This document shows positions 12,487 to 26,654 of a stretch of 64,000 nucleotides of DNA, one piece after another (the first letter of the stretch is position 1; each line of letters opens with the position of its first letter). This DNA is from Malacoraja senta. Lineage: Eukaryota. A model generated the notes under the pieces. It was not told the origin of the DNA, ran no database searches, and was given only the letters and a program-made list of their open reading frames with translations. The stretch is from contig JAXLNO010000029.1 of the NCBI GenBank assembly GCA_038087875.1, forward strand, positions 1 to 64,000. Reading direction: 5' to 3'. A program made the position numbers and the translations under genes.

Positions 12487-13216
12487 TGAAAAAGTTACTT
12501 TTATAACAACTAAACAGGTTCGCTTCTTAATAAACAGACACCACACAAACTGTTTGGTAGACCAGTTCAAAACTTTACTTAACATCGGCCGATGGAAGGG
12601 AGCGAGAATTCCAGCTAAGTGACCAATGTAGACACTCGACTGTCCTCGGTCCCCTTCTCTGAACAGAATTACATTGTCTTATATAGTGTTTTTTTTGTCA
12701 CCTTAACACATTCCACAAACATTAGTCATGGTCAGAGGTACAGGAAAAGGTTTCCACAGAATGCATCACATCAAAGGCCTTTTGTTTACATGGTACAAGA
12801 TATACTAAAAACATTGGCCATTTGTTTTAGGTCAATTTATCTTCAAAGAGATCACCCTAGCTCTTTCGCTGCTTCCTCTCTGTCACTTGGTCCCTCATAA
12901 ACATAGGCCATTTGGTTCATGGCATCTTACTTCAAAGATGTGACTAGCTGTTTCTCTCTTCCTTTATTGCCTCCTCCCCCATAAATATTGGCCATTTGGT
13001 TCATGGCATCTTACTTCAAAGATGTGACTAGCTGTTTCTTTCTCTGTCACTTCCTCACTTGGGAGACAATGTTATGGTATTTATTATCTCAATACCCCAA
13101 AACCTGAGGCAACTTAACTTGCCTTTCTGTATTATTCTACTGGAGAAAAGCCTGATTTGAGACTAAATATAAGCTGTAAGCTTTTCTTATATTTTTAACA
13201 TAATTCAGCTTTATCA
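12487..13216 (-). repeat. ERV LTR 1 (3' terminal LTR of the array)
   Basis: Plus strand TGAAAAAG...TTTATCA; PPT complement ttccatcctttt follows at 13217; minus TATA-like CTATATAAG at about 12680; 84-bp internal duplication (12906/12990). Confidence 0.92.
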
Positions 13217-14830
13217 TTCCATCCTTTTATCAAAATCTTGATAGTAACTACAGTCCTTGCCGAGTACATACGAAAGACCATAAGCATCTCATCAGGCAAA
13301 TTATCTCACTGTCTGTAGTCAGGGTATCTTTGCTGCACTTGTCATGTTTGACTCCAATCTTGTTTAAAAGGATGTATGTACCATCCTTTAAATGTGGTTT
13401 AGTCCGCAAGTTTGCCATTCTGAAGAAAGTCCAGTCCATGTGGGCCACCCCAGAATAAAAGGAGGGTCAATAGCTCCACAAACCGTTCACAGTCAATCAA
13501 ATGTATCCAACGACGATGATCTTCAATCTTCACAGCAGTTTATGTTGTTGATAGCACTTGGTTGTTCCTTTCAACACAATCTCAATTTCTTCTTGTCCCA
13601 GCACATGGTCATTTTGTAGCCTTTATGGACTCGTCCCTGTGCTCACTGGTTTTCAACCCAGCTCCTCTAACCTGGGAATGCAGATCTGGCAAGACCTGGG
13701 TTAATTGCTGTCCATACATAATTAGTTAATTGCCCAGGGCCTGTAGGTGGCTTCCCCCCACTCTCCAGGGGGTGGGCACAGCAGCCTTTCCTGTATCAAT
13801 AAAAAAGTTGTAAATCCTGTTTCTCTAGCTGCAGTTGAATGACCCCAATCTACTCTGAAGAAGGGCTTCGGCCCGAAATGATGCCTATTTCCTTCGCTCC
13901 ATAGATGCTGCCTCATCCCCTGAGTTTCTCCAGCACTTTTGTCTACCTTTGATTTTCCAGCATCTGCAGTTCCTTCTTAAACACTTCTCTGTGAACTTAT
14001 TCTTTAATCCGATTATATCTGAAGAGGCTCTCCCCACCTAAATATTAAATTCTCCAAATATGTTCTCTTCCCTAATCTACTTATCTTCTCACCTTTTATC
14101 CCTCATTGTGAGTTCCCTCAAACCCCCTTTTGTAAGCCATAAGACAATTTTACATGTACATTCATTTTCCTTACACAGCACATGCTTCAACACCTTTGTT
14201 CGTCTGCAGACCGTAATCTTGCTTCATTTGCATTTTAAAGGACAACCTCTGTTATCACATCAAAACAATCTTTCCCAAAAGAACTCACTCAGAATCAGTA
14301 ATCAATAATACATTTTCTATTTCTCTGGAATTTTGACATTTCCAATCTCATTTAACACTTTAATTGGGGTGAGTCTCTTTTTGAACTCGGCTCAAAAGAT
14401 TTATAACAACCAACACATTTTATCATTTGAGTATAGCTCCACCCCCCCATTCATGGCAGTGTCTTAAAGGAACACACCATAACCTGCCTGTTCATTTGCA
14501 TTTTAAAGGACAAACTGTTCTTAAAGGGACTCACACCTTTGCTCATTGCTTCAAATTTCACACATTCCACATACAAAAAACATTGTTTTACAAGCAGTAC
14601 ATACACACAAAAAAATTGTTTTACCAGCAGTATATAATATTTCATCTTCAAAGACGTCTCTTTGTAATTTACTTTCCCTTATTCTGACAAGACTTCTGTT
14701 TACCAGAATCCTGGTTACCTAACCCTAATTGGACTTTGATCCAGATCATGATTAGTCAGTCTCCCCGTGACTTTTCAGTCTCCCTATCCTATCCTCAATT
14801 CATCCCCAATTTTTTTATAACAGTTGCTTG

Positions 14831-15365
14831 TCAGAAAAAGGATTCCCCCGGGGTAATTTTGTTTTGCAATGCCCCATAGGCTCTTTCCACCATCCCAGAT
14901 GCCTGTGGGTGATGTACACAGTGAAATTGCTGTCGGATATTAAAATGTGTACATATTTCCTTATTAATAGTGGCAATAAAATGGGGACCATTGTCCGAGC
15001 TTATGACAGTAGGTAGGCCAAACCTGGGAATAACTTCCCTTAACAACAATGTTACTGTAGTCTCAGCAGTATTATTAGTGGTTGGTAGAGCTTCAATCCA
15101 CCTGCTAAATAAATCTAAAATCACTAAGCAATATTTATAACACTGGGCCCTTGGCATTTCAATAAAATCAATCTGTATGCATTCAAACGGTCGTGATGGC
15201 ATTGGCGTCACCCCTGAGGGTATCCTAATTGGTTTGCCTGGATTATTTCGTTGGCAAATTTTACATTCAGAGGCCTGCTTTAGTGCCTCTTGACGAATTT
15301 TCGGGTGCCATCACGTTTCCTTTGTCATCCTTATCATTCCCTCCTTACCAGCATGGGTAAGGGAG
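14831..15365 (-). pseudogene. pol: ERV integrase remnant, unit 1 (core ORF repeated at 19554-19934, 24278-24658, 29003-29383)
   Basis: HSLTHAG...CKICQRNN zinc-binding region upstream of PFECIQIDFIEMP...ISSDNGPHF...HPQASGMVER (DDE core); stop in the N-terminal part; truncated after the core. Confidence 0.9.
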
Positions 15366-15470
15366 TGAATATATGTTAGTCAGACAGGTAAAAATGCATC
15401 GTACACACCAACTTGTCCAAGCGGGGTGAGCCGAATCAATGGCACAGCCCTCTTGTTTCCATAGTTATTT

Positions 15471-16383
15471 TTATATATGAGAGGCGTCCCTCTGTAATGT
15501 ACATACCTCCCTCATGTTTGGCAGGACCGTTCTTTTTGCTAGCATCTGTTTACCTGCTGTCACTAAGCATTTGGATGCATAGGCTGCTTGTTTGGCTACA
15601 CTATCAGCAAATGCATTGCCTTTTGTTATAGGGTCCCCAGCACCAGTGTGTGTAGCACATTTAATAATGGTCAGCTGTTCTGGTATCATCAATGCCTTAA
15701 GCAAATAACGCACAGAAAGGCATTCCCGTGCTCCCAATCCTGGGGAGCTTTGTAAGGTCAGAACTTCAAGGTATAGGGATATTACTGACGGAGCTGCCAC
15801 AGGTAAGTATGCCATCGCTACTGGTAGGACGTAGGGAGGTGGACATCTCCCAGGATTATCTAACTCCTCATCTTCACTACCAAACAGGGTCGTCGTGCCA
15901 GACATGAAGTTTCCTCCAGAGGATTTACCAGTACTGGGTTTATTTTTACTAACCATCACCTGTTTCTCACCTCCTGCCTGTCTCTTAATTATTTTCTCTT
16001 GTTCCTCCGCCCACTGGCATTCTAGTTGCAATACTTTCCATCCTTTCATAGTGCCATCCTTATTTCGTAACTCTATCCCTTGTTTACATGCAGTATCCAT
16101 CCAACTTCGATCTCTACTCTCCTCATGCTTCTTCTCTGCTTCTGCTTTCCACGTTTTAATTCCCTTCTTCCATGTCTTTCCTGCCTTCCTTTCCCATATC
16201 AACATCTCTGCTTTTTTAATTGTCTCGACATTCCATGTGCCCCCTACTGGCCAGGCTTCATCCCCCAACCGTTTGGTCAACTTGTAACTTAACATTCTAA
16301 ATTTCTTATTATACTTAGGATTCAAATAACACATATGTTGGACGGGGGTTCCCCCCCTCATTGTTATCCAGAGCATTCCCCAT
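15471..16383 (-). pseudogene. gag: Gag(MA/late domain)-RNase H deletion fusion, unit 1, frameshifted near the start (same in units 2 and 3)
   Basis: MGNALD start at 16383 is out of frame owing to a 7-C run; then WPVGGTW...PPPY fused to LLKALMIPEQLTIIKCATH...GNAFADSVAKQAA. Confidence 0.85.
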
Positions 16384-17207
16384 AGATAGATAGAGAGAGA
16401 GAGAAAGAGAAAGCAGACTTCTTAATTCCGAATCGTTCCAAATATATCAACCAGGCCGACTCGCTACTCGAGACCCGTTTCTCAATTTGGCTGACTTTTT
16501 TTTAATTAATTTTTTTACCTCTTTGATATACGACCCAAGTGTCTCAACGAGGCCGACTCGCTAACCGAGACCCCCGTTTCTCAACCTGGCAGACCTAAAA
16601 TAAGCGCCAGGTGTCTCAACGAAGCAGACCCGCTAACCGGGACCCCCGTTTCTCAACCTGGCAGACTTCTTACTCTTTAATATACAACGCCACTTATTTC
16701 TCAATCCGACAACTCTTCGGATGTCTCAATAAGCCAGACGCACACCTCAACCCCCGTATCTCAACCCGACAAATCACGGATATCTCAGCGAGGCCGATGA
16801 GCCCTTAGTAGAGAGAGAGAGAGAAGGGAAAAAAAAGAAAACAAAGAGAGATAGACAGAGAGAGAGAGAAAGAGAAACCACTCACGTCCTTCTTAACAAT
16901 ATACACAAGCCCTTCTTAAAAATACATGCACAATTCTGTCTGAAAAATACATACACAATCCCTTCTTAAAAAAAACCCTATAAAGCCCAACTGGTCTTAC
17001 CTTGGTCTGTTTCTAAGAACCTCGGCAGGGAACCTGGATCAACCTCTGATGAAGGATCACAGACGTTCCCGGGAGTTTCTAGGGAGTCGGTCTTACAAGG
17101 GGGCCGATGGAGCTCAATTATCTCCCTTCCAATCCCGGCAACCTCTGCAACCTCTTGCACAGTCAGCTGTTGATGGGGTCCCAGCGAGGCCTGCATAACT
17201 ACGCCAA

Positions 17208-17940
17208 TGAAAAAGTTACTTTTATAACAACTAAACAGGTTCGCTTCTTAATAAACAGACACCACACAAACTGTTTTGTAGACCAGTTCAAAACTTTACT
17301 TAACATCGGCCGATGGAAGGGAGCGAGAATTCCAGCTAAGTGACCAATGTAGACACTCGACTGTCCTCGGTCCCCTTCTCTGAACAACAGAATTACATTG
17401 TCTTATATAGTGTTTTTTTTGTCACCTTAACACATTCCACAAACATTAGTCATGGTCAGAGGTACAGGAAAAGGTTTCCACAGAATGCATCACATCAAAG
17501 GCCTTTTGTTTACATGGTACAAGATATACTAAAAACATTGGCCATTTGTTTTAGGTCAACTTATCTTCAAAGAGATCACCCTAGCTCTTTCGCTGCTTCC
17601 TCTCTGTCACTTGGTCCCTCATAAACATAGGCCATTTGGTTCATGGCATCTTACTTCAAAGATGTGACTAGCTGTTTCTCTCTTCCTTTATTGCCTCCTC
17701 CCCCATAAATATTGGCCATTTGGTTCATGGCATCTTACTTCAAAGATGTGACTAGCTGTTTCTTTCTCTGTCACTTCCTCACTTGGGAGACAATGTTATG
17801 GTATTTATTATCTCAATACCCCAAAACCTGAGGCAACTTAACTTGCCTTTCTGTATTATTCTACTGGAGAAAAGCCTGATTTGAGACTAAATATAAGCTG
17901 TAAGCTTTTCTTATATTTTTAACATAATTCAGCTTTATCA
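17208..17940 (-). repeat. ERV LTR 2 (internal, shared)
   Basis: 733 bp; PBS complement cctgcataactacgcca immediately left, PPT complement immediately right. Confidence 0.92.
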
Positions 17941-20900
17941 TTCCATCCTTTTATCAAAATCTTGATAGTAACTACAGTCCTTGCCGAGTACATACGAAAG
18001 ACCATAAGCATCTCATCAGGCAAATTATCTCACTGTCTGTAGTCAGGGTATCTTTGCTGCACTTGTCATGTTTGACTCCAATCTTGTTTAAAAGGATGTA
18101 TGTACCATCCTTTAAATGTGGTTTAGTCCGCAAGTTTGCCATTCTGAAGAAAGTCCAGTCCATGTGGGCCACCCCAGAATAAAAGGAGGGTCAATAGCTC
18201 CACAAACCGTTCACAGTCAATCAAATGTATCCAACGACGATGATCTTCAATCTTCACAGCAGTTTATGTTGTTGATAGCACTTGGTTGTTCCTTTCAACA
18301 CAATCTCAATTTCTTCTTGTCCCAGCACATGGTCATTTTGTAGCCTTTATGGACTCGTCCCTGTGCTCACTGGTTTTCAACCCAGCTCCTCTAACCTGGG
18401 AATGCAGATCTGGCAAGACCTGGGTTAATTGCTGTCCATACATAATTAGTTAATTGCCCAGGGCCTGTAGGTGGCTTCCCCCCACTCTCCAGGGGGTGGG
18501 CACAGCAGCCTTTCCTGTATCAATAAAAAAGTTGTAAATCCTGTTTCTCTAGCTGCAGTTGAATGACCCCAATCTACTCTGAAGAAGGGCTTCGGCCCGA
18601 AATGATGCCTATTTCCTTCGCTCCATAGATGCTGCCTCATCCCGAGTTTCTCCAGCACTTTTGTCTACCTTTGATTTTCCAGCATCTGCAGTTCCTTCTT
18701 AAACACTTCTCTGTGAACTTATTCTTTAATCCGATTATATCTGAAGAGGCTCTCCCCACCTAAATATTAAATTCTCCAAATATGTTCTCTTCCCTAATCT
18801 ACTTATCTTCTCACCTTTTATCCCTCATTGTGAGTTCCCTCAAACCCCCTTTTGTAAGCCATAAGACAATTTTACATGTACATTCATTTTCCTTACACAG
18901 CACATGCTTCAACACCTTTGTTCGTCTGCAGACCGTAATCTTGCTTCATTTGCATTTTAAAGGACAACCTCTGTTATCACATCAAAACAATCTTTCCCAA
19001 AAGAACTCACTCAGAATCAGTAATCAATAATACATTTTCTATTTCTCTGGAATTTTGACATTTCCAATCTCATTTAACACTTTAATTGGGGTGAGTCTCT
19101 TTTTGAACTCGGCTCAAAAGATTTATAACAACCAACACATTTTATCATTTGAGTATAGCTCCACCCCCCCCATTCATGGCAGTGTCTTAAAGGAACACAC
19201 CATAACCTGCCTGTTCATTTGCATTTTAAAGGACAAACTGTTCTTAAAGGGACTCACACCTTTGCTCATTGCTTCAAATTTCACACATTCCACATACAAA
19301 AAACATTGTTTTACAAGCAGTACATACACACAAAAAAATTGTTTTACCAGCAGTATATAATATTTCATCTTCAAAGACGTCTCTTTGTAATTTACTTTCC
19401 CTTATTCTGACAAGACTTCTGTTTACCAGAATCCTGGTTACCTAACCCTAATTGGACTTTGATCCAGATCATGATTAGTCAGACTCCCCGTGACTTTTCA
19501 GTCTCCCTATCCTATCCTCAATTCATCCCCAATTTTTTTATAACAGTTGCTTGTCAGAAAAAGGATTCCCCCGGGGTAATTTTGTTTTGCAATGCCCCAT
19601 AGGCTCTTTCCACCATCCCAGATGCCTGTGGGTGATGTACACAGTGAAATTGCTGTCGGATATTAAAATGTGTACATATTTCCTTATTAATAGTGGCAAT
19701 AAAATGGGGACCATTGTCCGAGCTTATGACAGTAGGTAGGCCAAACCTGGGAATAACTTCCCTTAACAACAATGTTACTGTAGTCTCAGCAGTATTATTA
19801 GTGGTTGGTAGAGCTTCAATCCACCTGCTAAATAAATCTAAAATCACTAAGCAATATTTATAACACTGGGCCCTTGGCATTTCAATAAAATCAATCTGTA
19901 TGCATTCAAACGGTCGTGATGGCATTGGCGTCACCCCTGAGGGTATCCTAATTGGTTTGCCTGGATTATTTCGTTGGCAAATTTTACATTCAGAGGCCTG
20001 CTTTAGTGCCTCTTGACGAATTTTCGGGTGCCATCACGTTTCCTTTGTCATCCTTATCATTCCCTCCTTACCAGCATGGGTAAGGGAGTGAATATATGTT
20101 AGTCAGACAGGTAAAAATGCATCGTACACACCAACTTGTCCAAGCGGGGTGAGCCGAATCAATGGCACAGCCCTCTTGTTTCCATAGTTATTTTTATATA
20201 TGAGAGGCGTCCCTCTGTAATGTACATACCTCCCTCATGTTTGGCAGGACCGTTCTTTTTGCTAGCATCTGTTTACCTGCTGTCACTAAGCATTTGGATG
20301 CATAGGCTGCTTGTTTGGCTACACTATCAGCAAATGCATTGCCTTTTGTTATAGGGTCCCCAGCACCAGTGTGTGTAGCACATTTAATAATGGTCAGCTG
20401 TTCTGGTATCATCAATGCCTTAAGCAAATAACGCACAGAAAGGCATTCCCGTGCTCCCAATCCTGGGGAGCTTTGTAAGGTCAGAACTTCAAGGTATAGG
20501 GATATTACTGACGGAGCTGCCACAGGTAAGTATGCCATCGCTACTGGTAGGATGTAGGGAGGTGGACATCTCCCAGGATTATCTAACTCCTCATCTTCAC
20601 TACCAAACAGGGTCGTCGTGCCAGACATGAAGTTTCCTCCAGAGGATTTACCAGTACTGGGTTTATTTTTACTAACCATCACCTGTTTCTCACCTCCTGC
20701 CTGTCTCTTAATTATTTTCTCTTGTTCCTCCGCCCACTGGCATTCTAGTTGCAATACTTTCCATCCTTTCATAGTGCCATCCTTATTTCGTAACTCTATC
20801 CCTTGTTTACATGCAGTATCCATCCAACTTCGATCTCTACTCTCCTCATGCTTCTTCTCTGCTTCTGCTTTCCACATTTTAATTCCCTTCTTCCATGTCT

Positions 20901-21930
20901 TTCCTGCCTTCCTTTCCCATATCAACATCTCTGCTTTTTTAATTGTCTCGACATTCCATGTGCCCCCTACTGGCCAGGCTTCATCCCCCAACCGTTTGGT
21001 CAACTTGTAACTTAACATTCTAAATTTCTTATTATACTTAGGATTCAAATAACACATATGTTGGACGGGGGTTCCCCCCCTCATTGTTATCCAGAGCATT
21101 CCCCATAGATAGATAGAGAGAGAGAGAAAGAGAAAGCAGACTTCTTAATTCCGAATCGTTCCAAATATATCAACCAGGCCGACTCGCTACTCGAGACCCG
21201 TTTCTCAATTTGGCTGACTTTTTTTTAATTAATTTTTTTACCTCTTTGATATACGACCCAAGTGTCTCAACGAGGCCGACTCGCTAACCGAGACCCCCGT
21301 TTCTCAACCTGGCAGACCTAAAATAAGCGCCAGGTGTCTCAACGAAGCAGACCCGCTAACCGGGACCCCCGTTTCTCAACCTGGCAGACTTCTTACTCTT
21401 TAATATACAACGCCACTTATTTCTCAATCCGACAACTCTTCGGATGTCTCAATAAGCCAGACGCACACCTCAACCCCCGTATCTCAACCCGACAAATCAC
21501 GGATATCTCAGCGAGGCCGATGAGCCCTTAGTAGAGAGAGAGAGAGAAGGGAAAAAAAAGAAAACAAAGAGAGATAGACAGAGAGAGAGAGAAAGAGAAA
21601 CCACTCACGTCCTTCTTAACAATATACACAAGCCCTTCTTAAAAATACATGCACAATTCTGTCTGAAAAATACATACACAATCCCTTCTTAAAAAAAACC
21701 CTATAAAGCCCAACTGGTCTTACCTTGGTCTGTTTCTAAGAACCTCGGCAGGGAACCTGGATCAACCTCTGATGAAGGATCACAGACGTTCCCGGGAGTT
21801 TCTAGGGAGTCGGTCTTACAAGGGGGCCGATGGAGCTCAATTATCTCCCTTCCAATCCCGGCAACCTCTGCAACCTCTTGCACAGTCAGCTGTTGATGGG
21901 GTCCCAGCGAGGCCTGCATAACTACGCCAA

Positions 21931-22663
21931 TGAAAAAGTTACTTTTATAACAACTAAACAGGTTCGCTTCTTAATAAACAGACACCACACAAACTGTTTT
22001 GTAGACCAGTTCAAAACTTTACTTAACATCGGCCGATGGAAGGGAGCGAGAATTCCAGCTAAGTGACCAATGTAGACACTCGACTGTCCTCGGTCCCCTT
22101 CTCTGAACAACAGAATTACATTGTCTTATATAGTGTTTTTTTTGTCACCTTAACACATTCCACAAACATTAGTCATGGTCAGAGGTACAGGAAAAGGTTT
22201 CCACAGAATGCATCACATCAAAGGCCTTTTGTTTACATGGTACAAGATATACTAAAAACATTGGCCATTTGTTTTAGGTCAACTTATCTTCAAAGAGATC
22301 ACCCTAGCTCTTTCGCTGCTTCCTCTCTGTCACTTGGTCCCTCATAAACATAGGCCATTTGGTTCATGGCATCTTACTTCAAAGATGTGACTAGCTGTTT
22401 CTCTCTTCCTTTATTGCCTCCTCCCCCATAAATATTGGCCATTTGGTTCATGGCATCTTACTTCAAAGATGTGACTAGCTGTTTCTTTCTCTGTCACTTC
22501 CTCACTTGGGAGACAATGTTATGGTATTTATTATCTCAATACCCCAAAACCTGAGGCAACTTAACTTGCCTTTCTGTATTATTCTACTGGAGAAAAGCCT
22601 GATTTGAGACTAAATATAAGCTGTAAGCTTTTCTTATATTTTTAACATAATTCAGCTTTATCA
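21931..22663 (-). repeat. ERV LTR 3 (internal, shared)
   Basis: 733 bp, near-identical to LTR 2. Confidence 0.92.
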
Positions 22664-25600
22664 TTCCATCCTTTTATCAAAATCTTGATAGTAACTACAG
22701 TCCTTGCCGAGTACATACGAAAGACCATAAGCATCTCATCAGGCAAATTATCTCACTGTCTGTAGTCAGGGTATCTTTGCTGCACTTGTCATGTTTGACT
22801 CCAATCTTGTTTAAAAGGATGTATGTACCATCCTTTAAATGTGGTTTAGTCCGCAAGTTTGCCATTCTGAAGAAAGTCCAGTCCATGTGGGCCACCCCAG
22901 AATAAAAGGAGGGTCAATAGCTCCACAAACCGTTCACAGTCAATCAAATGTATCCAACGACGATGATCTTCAATCTTCACAGCAGTTTATGTTGTTGATA
23001 GCACTTGGTTGTTCCTTTCAACACAATCTCAATTTCTTCTTGTCCCAGCACATGGTCATTTTGTAGCCTTTATGGACTCGTCCCTGTGCTCACTGGTTTT
23101 CAACCCAGCTCCTCTAACCTGGGAATGCAGATCTGGCAAGACCTGGGTTAATTGCTGTCCATACATAATTAGTTAATTGCCCAGGGCCTGTAGGTGGCTT
23201 CCCCCCACTCTCCAGGGGGTGGGCACAGCAGCCTTTCCTGTATCAATAAAAAAGTTGTAAATCCTGTTTCTCTAGCTGCAGTTGAATGACCCCAATCTAC
23301 TCTGAAGAAGGGCTTCGGCCCGAAATGATGCCTATTTCCTTCGCTCCATAGATGCTGCCTCATCCCCTGAGTTTCTCCAGCACTTTTGTCTACCTTTGAT
23401 TTTCCAGCATCTGCAGTTCCTTCTTAAACACTTCTCTGTGAACTTATTCTTTAATCCGATTATATCTGAAGAGGCTCTCCCCACCTAAATATTAAATTCT
23501 CCAAATATGTTCTCTTCCCTAATCTACTTATCTTCTCACCTTTTAACCCTCATTGTGAGTTCCCTCAAACCCCCTTTTGTAAGCCATAAGACAATTTTAC
23601 ATGTACATTCATTTTCCTTACACAGCACATGCTTCAACACCTTTGTTCGTCTGCAGACCGTAATCTTGCTTCATTTGCATTTTAAAGGACAACCTCTGTT
23701 ATCACATCAAAACAATCTTTCCCAAAAGAACTCACTCAGAATCAGTAATCAATAATACATTTTCTATTTCTCTGTAATTTTGACATTTCCAATCTCATTT
23801 AACACTTTAATTGGGGTGAGTCTCTTTTTGAACTCGGCTCAAAAGATTTATAACAGCCAACACATTTTATCATTTGAGTATAGCTCCACCCCCCCATTCA
23901 TGGCAGTGTCTTAAAGGAACACACCATAACCTGCCTGTTCATTTGCATTTTATAGGACAAACTGTTCTTAAAGGGACTCACACCTTTGCTCATTGCTTCA
24001 AATTTCACACATTCCACATACAAAAAACATTGTTTTACAAGCAGTACATACACACAAAAAAATTGTTTTACCAGCAGTATATAATATTTCATCTTCAAAG
24101 ACGTCTCTTTGTAATTTACTTTCCCTTATTCTGACAAGACTTCTGTTTACCAGAATCCTGGTTACCTAACCCTAATTGGACTTTGATCCAGATCATGATT
24201 AGTCAGACTCCCCGTGACTTTTCAGTCTCCCTATCCTATCCTCAATTCATCCCCAATTTTTTTATAACAGTTGCTTGTCAGAAAAAGGATTCCCCCGGGG
24301 TAATTTTGTTTTGCAATGCCCCATAGGCTCTTTCCACCATCCCAGATGCCTGTGGGTGATGTACACAGTGAAATTGCTGTCGGATATTAAAATGTGTACA
24401 TATTTCCTTATTAATAGTGGCAATAAAATGGGGACCATTGTCCGAGCTTATGACAGTAGGTAGGCCAAACCTGGGAATAACTTCCCTTAACAACAATGTT
24501 ACTGTAGTCTCAGCAGTATTATTAGTGGTTGGTAGAGCTTCAATCCACCTGCTAAATAAATCTAAAATCACTAAGCAATATTTATAACACTGGGCCCTTG
24601 GCATTTCAATAAAATCAATCTGTATGCATTCAAACGGTCGTGATGGCATTGGCGTCACCCCTGAGGGTATCCTAATTGGTTTGCCTGGATTATTTCGTTG
24701 GCAAATTTTACATTCAGAGGCCTGCTTTAGTGCCTCTTGACGAATTTTCGGGTGCCATCACGTTTCCTTTGTCATCCTTATCATTCCCTCCTTACCAGCA
24801 TGGGTAAGGGAGTGAATATATGTTAGTCAGACAGGTAAAAATGCATCGTACACACCAACTTGTCCAAGCGGGGTGAGCCGAATCAATGGCACAGCCCTCT
24901 TGTTTCCATAGTTATTTTTATATATGAGAGGCGTCCCTCTGTAATGTACATACCTCCCTCATGTTTGGCAGGACCGTTCTTTTTGCTAGCATCTGTTTAC
25001 CTGCTGTCACTAAGCATTTGGATGCATAGGCTGCTTGTTTGGCTACACTATCAGCAAATGCATTGCCTTTTGTTATAGGGTCCCCAGCACCAGTGTGTGT
25101 AGCACATTTAATAATGGTCAGCTGTTCTGGTATCATCAATGCCTTAAGCAAATAACGCACAGAAAGGCATTCCCGTGCTCCCAATCCTGGGGAGCTTTGT
25201 AAGGTCAGAACTTCAAGGTATAGGGATATTACTGACGGAGCTGCCACAGGTAAGTATGCCATCGCTACTGGTAGGACGTAGGGAGGTGGACATCTCCCAG
25301 GATTATCTAACTCCTCATCTTCACTACCAAACAGGGTCGTCGTGCCAGACATGAAGTTTCCTCCAGAGGATTTACCAGTACTGGGTTTATTTTTACTAAC
25401 CATCACCTGTTTCTCACCTCCTGCCTGTCTCTTAATTATTTTCTCTTGTTCCTCCGCCCACTGGCATTCTAGTTGCAATACTTTCCATCCTTTCATAGTG
25501 CCATCCTTATTTCGTAACTCTATCCCTTGTTTACATGCAGTATCCATCCAACTTCGATCTCTACTCTCCTCATGCTTCTTCTCTGCTTCTCCTTTCCACA

Positions 25601-26654
25601 TTTTAATTCCCTTCTTCCATGTCTTTCCTGCCTTCCTTTCCCATATCAACATCTCTGCTTTTTTAATTGTCTCGACATTCCATGTGCCCCCTACTGGCCA
25701 GGCTTCATCCCCCAACCGTTTGGTCAACTTGTAACTTAACATTCTAAATTTCTTATTATACTTAGGATTCAAATAACACATATGTTGGACGGGGGTTCCC
25801 CCCCTCATTGTTATCCAGAGCATTCCCCATAGATAGATAGAGAGAGAGAGAAAGAGAAAGCAGACTTCTTAATTCCGAATCGTTCCAAATATATCAACCA
25901 GGCCGACTCGCTACTCGAGACCCGTTTCTCAATTTGGCTGACTTTTTTTAAATTAATTTTTTTACCTCTTTGATATACGACCCAAGTGTCTCAACGAGGC
26001 CGACTCGCTAACCGAGACCCCCGTTTCTCAACCTGGCAGACCTAAAATAAGCGCCAGGTGTCTCAACGAAGCAGACCCGCTAACCGGGACCCCCGTTTCT
26101 CAACCTGGCAGACTTCTTACTCTTTAATATACAACGCCACTTATTTCTCAATCCGACAACTCTTCGGATGTCTCAATAAGCCAGACGCACACCTCAACCC
26201 CCGTATCTCAACCCGACAAATCACGGATATCTCAGCGAGGCCGATGAGCCCTTAGTAGAGAGAGAGAGAGAAGGGAAAAAAAAGAAAACAAAGAGAGATA
26301 GACAGAGAGAGAGAGAAAGAGAAACCACTCACGTCCTTCTTAACAATATACACAAGCCCTTCTTAAAAATACATGCACAATTCTGTCTGAAAAATACATA
26401 CACAATCCCTTCTTAAAAAAAACCCTATAAAGCCCAACTGGTCTTACCTTGGTCTGTTTCTAAGAACCTCGGCAGGGAACCTGGATCAACCTCTGATGAA
26501 GGATCACAGACGTTCCCGGGAGTTTCTAGGGAGTCGGTCTTATAAGGGGGCCGATGGAGCTCAATTATCTCCCTTCCAATCCCGGCAACCTCTGCAACCT
26601 CTTGCACAGTCAGCTGTTGATGGGGTCCCAGCGAGGCCTGCATAACTACGCCAA

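Noticed and set aside
13217..14830. ERV env gene
   Set aside because: No long ORF, furin site or transmembrane segment; only an integrase C-terminal remnant (TAVKIEDHRRWIH) and non-coding sequence
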